Positions 59,404-64,000 of a stretch of 64,000 nucleotides of DNA are shown piece by piece. The stretch is from Planctomycetota bacterium (GTDB lineage Bacteria > Planctomycetota > UBA1135 > GCA-002686595). Under the pieces are notes generated by a model, which was given only the letters and a program-made list of their open reading frames with translations, made no database searches and was not told the origin of the DNA. How positions within the stretch are numbered: position 1 is the stretch's first letter; every line of letters starts with the position of its first letter. Location of the stretch: the NCBI GenBank assembly GCA_028823395.1, contig JAPKBO010000001.1, positions 4,920-68,919 on the forward strand. Direction: 5' to 3'. The position numbers were made by a program, and so were the translations under genes.

Positions 59404-61221
59404 CTAGGGACTAAGACCGTCGTCGAATGCCCCGCGTAGCCGATCGAGTTGCCGGCCGAGGGTCTCGAACATCTCACTGGAGAAACTCAACTGCGGGTCC
59501 TTCCAGTCACCGCGGACCACGGCAGACATGGCCATGTCGCCCGCGGCCTCTGACCCCTTGATCAAGAGGAACGACGCCGGGAATTGCACATCCAAGGAGA
59601 GCTCCTGGGTATCAAGGGTCATATTCCCGCGGATGAGGCACTCCTCATCGTCCAAGACGAGCAGGATGTCCTCGTAGGCCACATGGCCCAAACGGACGGA
59701 GAGCTTGAATGGGTCGAGGTCGTCCTCGTAGACGGCGCGCCCCACGCCAGGTCGCAGAATCCCATCGCTGAGCAAGGGGTGCAGTCGATAGCGGACCTCT
59801 CCAAGATCAAAGGTGATCTCAGCACTCGCGGGAAGCTCCGATCCGCTCATCGGCAAGGTGAACTCGCCTACCGTCAATCGTATCGGATCGCTGCCCTCCG
59901 CCTTCTCCACGATCTCCAGCCAGGGAAGAAGGATCGCGAGCACATCCACGCTGAACCTATCGTCCAAACCAAGCTCTAGGTTGCTAGTGAAGCCTCCGAC
60001 AGACCGGACGACATCGCCCTCCAGCAGCATCTGTACCGCAAGATCCTGAAGCGGAGTGAGAAGCGAGATCTCAGCGCGCTCCATCCCCCAATTTTGATCG
60101 GTATCCACCATGTCACCAAGAAGCCGCAAGGCGACCTGTGGCCCCATGCCATCCTCCAGAGACCAGGGAAGCGTCAGCATCTGGTCGACGATAGCCGTAG
60201 GCAGTTCCAACTCGGCGACCACTCGTTGCCCACTCGACGCCTGCTCCGCGATACGTACCTGCCCCTTTACAACGCCCTCCTCTCCCTCCACGCCCCCTTG
60301 CCAGGTTCTCGATTCTCCCCATGTACCCTCCAGCGTGAGGTCCACATCACCGGCCTCCCCTAGCGCTGCACGCAGCCCGGCTCCTCCCGGCAACACATCC
60401 AGAAGGGTCAAAGGCAGAGCCTGGGCCTGAAAATGAAAGTGCAGGCCCTGATCATCAAGGGCATGGATTCCCCGGGCAACGAATACGCCGGGAGCCAACT
60501 CCATGGAGATGTCCTGATCCGCACCGGGTGCCGCCTCCGGGCTACCGAAAGCGCAACGCATGACGTAGTGGTCGCTTACATCTGGATTGTGCGTGTAGCG
60601 GAATTCGGCCGAGTGCAACTCGCCCAAGCTCTCCCCTTCTCTACTTATCATGAGGTTCTCGGCCCAGATGCGGAAGACACCTCCAGATGGCAACTGAGAG
60701 AGAATTTCAAAGTCGGGGGCGAGTGAGGTTCCGTTCTCCAACGTCATGGCCTTGGTCAGATTTGAGACCCCATTCGAGTCGAACTCGATGGAGCCGCTCG
60801 TCACCCAAAAATCACAGCGCCACTCCTCCTCCCCAAATCCCATCATGGTGAGCAGGGACGGAAGAGTGCCTTCACCGAAGAGGATCTCCACCCCCTCCGC
60901 GTTCACGATCCGGACCTGCCTCACGTTCTGCGGGCGGGTCCATGCAAATCCAATCCCCTCAAATTCCATGGAGCCGTCCAGGCCTGCGTTGGCAAACCCC
61001 TCGACCAAACGCGTCCCAAATCCACTGAGCAGGGCCGGGGCAAGGATGATCGCTCCCAGGACCGCACCGAATCCGAACCCCAGACACCCCAGGCCGCCTG
61101 TGAATAGGCAGCCAAAGCACGAGCGGGTTTCTGCCTCGTTATTCGGTGGTACCGATTCCACATCCCCTGGAGCGGAAAGGGGAGGATGGGATACGGGCTG
61201 GGTGGGTTGCGGCAAGTCCAT
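59404..61221 (-). CDS. membrane-anchored hypothetical protein (AsmA-like beta-rich topology possible)
   Basis: Gly/Cys-rich TM CFGCLFTGGLGCLGFGFGAVLGAIILAPALL followed by about 520 aa of beta-rich sequence. No motif recognised. Confidence 0.5.
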   Translation of the reverse strand: MDLPQPTQPVSHPPLSAPGDVESVPPNNEAETRSCFGCLFTGGLGCLGFGFGAVLGAIILAPALLSGFGTRLVEGFANAGLDGSMEFEGIGFAWTRPQNVRQVRIVNAEGVEILFGEGTLPSLLTMMGFGEEEWRCDFWVTSGSIEFDSNGVSNLTKAMTLENGTSLAPDFEILSQLPSGGVFRIWAENLMISREGESLGELHSAEFRYTHNPDVSDHYVMRCAFGSPEAAPGADQDISMELAPGVFVARGIHALDDQGLHFHFQAQALPLTLLDVLPGGAGLRAALGEAGDVDLTLEGTWGESRTWQGGVEGEEGVVKGQVRIAEQASSGQRVVAELELPTAIVDQMLTLPWSLEDGMGPQVALRLLGDMVDTDQNWGMERAEISLLTPLQDLAVQMLLEGDVVRSVGGFTSNLELGLDDRFSVDVLAILLPWLEIVEKAEGSDPIRLTVGEFTLPMSGSELPASAEITFDLGEVRYRLHPLLSDGILRPGVGRAVYEDDLDPFKLSVRLGHVAYEDILLVLDDEECLIRGNMTLDTQELSLDVQFPASFLLIKGSEAAGDMAMSAVVRGDWKDPQLSFSSEMFETLGRQLDRLRGAFDDGLSP

Positions 61222-61305
61222 GCGGACGGGTCCTTGTGTGGGCTTCAGCCTAGTCCATTGCCCACGGGGGATCGAACCCGGTCCACCAACCCGTGCCTCA
61301 CGGGG

Positions 61306-61860
61306 TCAATTCCAACTTACATCCGGTGGAAGGTGTGAGAGCTGCTCCCCTGCGGCGTCCAGTCCACCCAGGATTCCACGCCAAATGCTCTCGGCACTGC
61401 CAGCCGTGAATACGCTGTTCGCATCGGGAGGAGCCTCGCGCCACGATCCCGTTTGCAACTCGTTTTCCAACTGCCCACCACCCCAGCCCGAGCTGCCGAG
61501 GAAAATCCGCAGATCAGCCCCCGCGCCCTCTTCCTCAACTGCCCGCAGCATGGCCTCGATCGAGCCCCCCAAGTACAGATCCTGTCCGAGGCGAGTGCCG
61601 CCTGAAATCAACTGAGGCAGTCGGTGCACGAACTGCAGCGTCTGTGTTTCCACCGGACCACCGCAGTGGACGGGAAAAGTGCTGTTCGTCCGATCCGACA
61701 TCAGGCCTCCCAGATCCGCGCCGAGCTGACGGTTCACGACCAAGCCGTAGGCCCCCATCGGAGTGTGGTCCAGGAGCAGGACCACCGTGTGCATAAAGTT
61801 CGGATCCAACATGCTTGGCATGGAGATCAGGAGGGAGCCGGGTTCAATCAACGAGGCCAT
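61306..61860 (-). CDS. YqgE/AlgH-family (UPF0301) protein
   Basis: GSLLISMPSMLDPNFMHTVVLLLDHTPMGAYGLVVNR...GGPV...GSSGWGGGQLENE. Start trimmed to MASLIE. Confidence 0.8.
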   Translation of the reverse strand: MASLIEPGSLLISMPSMLDPNFMHTVVLLLDHTPMGAYGLVVNRQLGADLGGLMSDRTNSTFPVHCGGPVETQTLQFVHRLPQLISGGTRLGQDLYLGGSIEAMLRAVEEEGAGADLRIFLGSSGWGGGQLENELQTGSWREAPPDANSVFTAGSAESIWRGILGGLDAAGEQLSHLPPDVSWN

Positions 61861-61899
61861 GTGATGAGGATAACGACTTGAGCCCGGAAGGGCTCCCAC

Positions 61900-63324
61900 T
61901 CAACCCGGAACGAGCGTGAACACGCACTCTAGGTGCGGAGTATGCGGAAACAGATCCACGGGCTGCACACGGACTAGGCGATAGCCGCCTCGCGCCAAGT
62001 GCTCCATGTCGCGCACGGCGCTGAGAGGATTACAGGAAACGTAAATCAGGCGTGCAGGAGCAGCCGCAAGCAGGATAGGAATCACTTTTGGGTGCAGCCC
62101 GGCACGGGGCGGATCGACGATACACAGGTCTCCCTGCGCACCCTGGGTGCACTGCGCCAGATTCTCCAAGACGTCGCCTTCTACAAATGACGCGTTGTGA
62201 ATCCCGGCGGCTTGTGCATTGGCCCGCGCATCGCGAATGGAAGAGGCAGAGGACTCGAGCCCCACGACCTCCTTGACCGCCGATGCCAGACTCAGGCCAA
62301 TCGTTCCGGCTCCACAATACAAGTCGAGCACACGCCCCTCGAAGGACTGTACTTCGCTGTGGATGCACTCAAGCAACCGTGCAGCCTGCACCGTGTTGGT
62401 CTGAAAGAACGAAGTGGGAGAGAGGGTGAAGGTCAGGCCCGCTAGAACTTCGTGAATCACACCGGGGCCGTGCAGAATCCGCTCTTCGTCACCGACGGCT
62501 ACGGAGGCGGCGCGGCTGTGAATCCCCTGGACCAGGGTCGTGATCCCAGGACAACGCTTTACGAGGTCGGCGGCATAGGGGTCCACACGCTCGGCGTCTT
62601 CCACGGAGGTGACCAGGTAGACGAGGATCTCGCCCGTGTTGACGCCCTTGCGCAAGACCAGATGCCGTAGGAGCCCGACGTGCCGCCTAGTATCCCAAGC
62701 ATCGAGGCCATGCTCACGTGCCAACTCACGCGCCGCGTTGAGGATCTCGTCCGCTCCCTCGAAGTGGATGGCGCAGGATTGGACGTCCAGGACTTTGGAG
62801 TACACGCCGGGAACGTGGAGGCCGAGGGCGAAGTCAGCGGCGACCCCCTCGGGCTCACCGACTTCGATCCAGCGCCGATTGCCGAACGTAAAGTCCATCT
62901 TGTTGCGATAGCCGAAGGGCACTTCCATGCCGAGCACGGCCTCCACCTCGACCTCCCCCAGGAGCTCCGCCTCCTGAAGTTTCTCAAGCAGGTGGCCCCG
63001 CAGGGACTCCAGCTGCCCGGCGTAGTCATAGGTCTGGAATGAGCAGCCGCCACAGGTACCCACGTGCGGACAGCGTGCTTCGCGCTGCAGCGGACCGGGC
63101 TCGAGGACCTCTTCGAGCTGCCCACCGATGGCCCCCCGGTGTCGACGCCGGATCTGCGCACGCACCAAGGAGCCGGGCACAGCACCTCGCACGGCAACCG
63201 GGTGCCCATCTACTTCGCCATATCCACGGCCCAGGTCATCGATACCCTCGACGCGCATCTCTACCTGGCTTCCTTTTGCCGGCCGCGGACCGCGGCCATC
63301 GATTTGTGTTGAGTTCTCGCTCAT
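61900..63324 (-). CDS. rlmD: 23S rRNA (uracil-5-)-methyltransferase RlmD/RumA family (TRAM, Fe-S and SAM MTase)
   Basis: N-terminal TRAM-like domain (VEMRVEGIDDLGRGYG), Cys cluster CPHVGTCGGCSFQ, VLDLYCGAGTIGLSLA, IVDPPRAGL and YVSCNP. Confidence 0.85.
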   Translation of the reverse strand: MSENSTQIDGRGPRPAKGSQVEMRVEGIDDLGRGYGEVDGHPVAVRGAVPGSLVRAQIRRRHRGAIGGQLEEVLEPGPLQREARCPHVGTCGGCSFQTYDYAGQLESLRGHLLEKLQEAELLGEVEVEAVLGMEVPFGYRNKMDFTFGNRRWIEVGEPEGVAADFALGLHVPGVYSKVLDVQSCAIHFEGADEILNAARELAREHGLDAWDTRRHVGLLRHLVLRKGVNTGEILVYLVTSVEDAERVDPYAADLVKRCPGITTLVQGIHSRAASVAVGDEERILHGPGVIHEVLAGLTFTLSPTSFFQTNTVQAARLLECIHSEVQSFEGRVLDLYCGAGTIGLSLASAVKEVVGLESSASSIRDARANAQAAGIHNASFVEGDVLENLAQCTQGAQGDLCIVDPPRAGLHPKVIPILLAAAPARLIYVSCNPLSAVRDMEHLARGGYRLVRVQPVDLFPHTPHLECVFTLVPG

Positions 63325-63353
63325 CAGGGGCGGTACCCTACCGTACCCCTGCC

Positions 63354-64000
63354 ATGCCTGCGTCCCCTACCGCTGCAAGTCAGCCTATCTCGCCCCCCGG
63401 CGACGGCTCCCCGGCCCTCCCCTCCTGGGTCGGACTCGTGCTGGGTCTCAGCGTCTTGGGTGCGCTGGTCGCGCGCACGAATTTCCTGATCGACGACGCG
63501 TATATCTCCTTCCGTTACGCGCGCAACTGGGCCGATCTTGGTCTGCCCACCTACAACCCGGGCACGGCACCACCGGTGGAGGGCTACAGCAACACGCTGT
63601 GGGTCCTACTGCTGCGAGCTTGCGCGGGCCTGTCCCTCAACCTAGAGATCTGCGCACGCGTGCTCTCGTGCCTCTTCGCTGCAGGCACCTTGACCCTCGT
63701 GCACTTGCACCTCCGACGTCTGGCCCTCGCACCTTGGCCGAGACTTCTTGCCACGGTCAGCTTGGCCGCCTTCCCCCCTTTCGCCGTCTGGACCACCGGC
63801 GGCCTTGAGACGGCGAGCTTCGGGTTCTTCGTCTTCTCCGCCTACATCACCCTCACCCGGGCCTTCGCGAATGGAGGCAGGGGAGCCGGGCTCGCAGGAG
63901 TTCTGGGCCTCGCGGTCTGTCTCTCTCGAGTGGAGGGACCCCTATGGGCTTTGGGGATCGTCTTGGCCGCCGGGATCGCGGGGAAGGGCAAAGGAGTGTC
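63354..64000 (+). CDS. polytopic membrane protein, 3'-truncated by the window edge (possible GT-C-like glycosyltransferase)
   Basis: ATG at 63354; my reading MPASPTAASQPISPP...WVGLVLGLSVLGALVARTNFLIDDAYISFRYARNWADLG... stays open to 64000 with several hydrophobic helices. Absent from the track because it has no stop. Confidence 0.5.
   Translation, partial: MPASPTAASQPISPPGDGSPALPSWVGLVLGLSVLGALVARTNFLIDDAYISFRYARNWADLGLPTYNPGTAPPVEGYSNTLWVLLLRACAGLSLNLEICARVLSCLFAAGTLTLVHLHLRRLALAPWPRLLATVSLAAFPPFAVWTTGGLETASFGFFVFSAYITLTRAFANGGRGAGLAGVLGLAVCLSRVEGPLWALGIVLAAGIAGKGKGV

Overview
High-GC (about 64% by eye), densely coded bacterial chromosomal window. I support about 52 protein-coding genes. 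I found no rRNA, tRNA, CRISPR array, transposase or integrase by eye. All function calls come from motifs I can read in the translated ORFs; no database search was possible. The ORF track uses GTG and other alternative starts, and many tracked ORFs carry spurious N-terminal extensions, which I trimmed using gene packing and signal or leader logic. Left to right: (1) 1-6543, an envelope-glycan style block: a divergent polytopic membrane protein, then GT2 glycosyltransferase, OmpR-type response regulator, histidine kinase and two SAM methyltransferases, all translationally coupled. (2) 6546-9618 (-): a PpiD/SurA_N-like acidic membrane protein and scpB. (3) 9699-28116 (-): the most unusual feature, an about 18.4-kb, 11-gene tightly coupled operon of the type-IV-filament/T2SS family. 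Its order is FHA-TM protein, PilM-PilN fusion (GspL-like), PilO/GspM-like protein, TPR plus jelly-roll protein, GspG-like major pseudopilin, LamG-bearing pseudopilin, a giant 1710-aa GspK-like pseudopilin, GspJ-like and GspI-like pseudopilins, a secreted DnaJ-zinc-finger/TPR protein and a SurA-like lipoprotein. No ATPase, platform protein, secretin or prepilin peptidase lies in the window. (4) 28378-32549: radC, a candidate small ORF with its own terminator, and a Ser/Thr kinase - double YkgJ Cys-cluster - gluzincin-like operon. (5) 32621-40518 (+): metallophosphoesterase-LamG, a SurA/PpiC-like chaperone, three tandem BMC-P (EutN/CcmL) vertex genes plus a class II aldolase with no hexamer or trimer shell genes, and an S8 peptidase with a P-domain. 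(6) 40520-64000, mostly housekeeping: tandem-Usp protein, pgi, YugP-type Zn peptidase, MerR regulator, cysteine desulfurase, Ni-superoxide dismutase with a Sec-like leader, carboxypeptidase-regulatory-like repeat proteins, SprT-like protein, BY-kinase-like P-loop protein, HEAT-like protein, accC - carboxyltransferase - BCCP operon, nth, cyaY, YqgE/AlgH, rlmD, and a partial membrane protein. Lineage cannot be fixed from the sequence alone. The content (many prepilin-type N-termini, LamG modules, three BMC-P paralogs next to a class II aldolase) is compatible with the PVC superphylum, Myxococcota or a related uncultured lineage.
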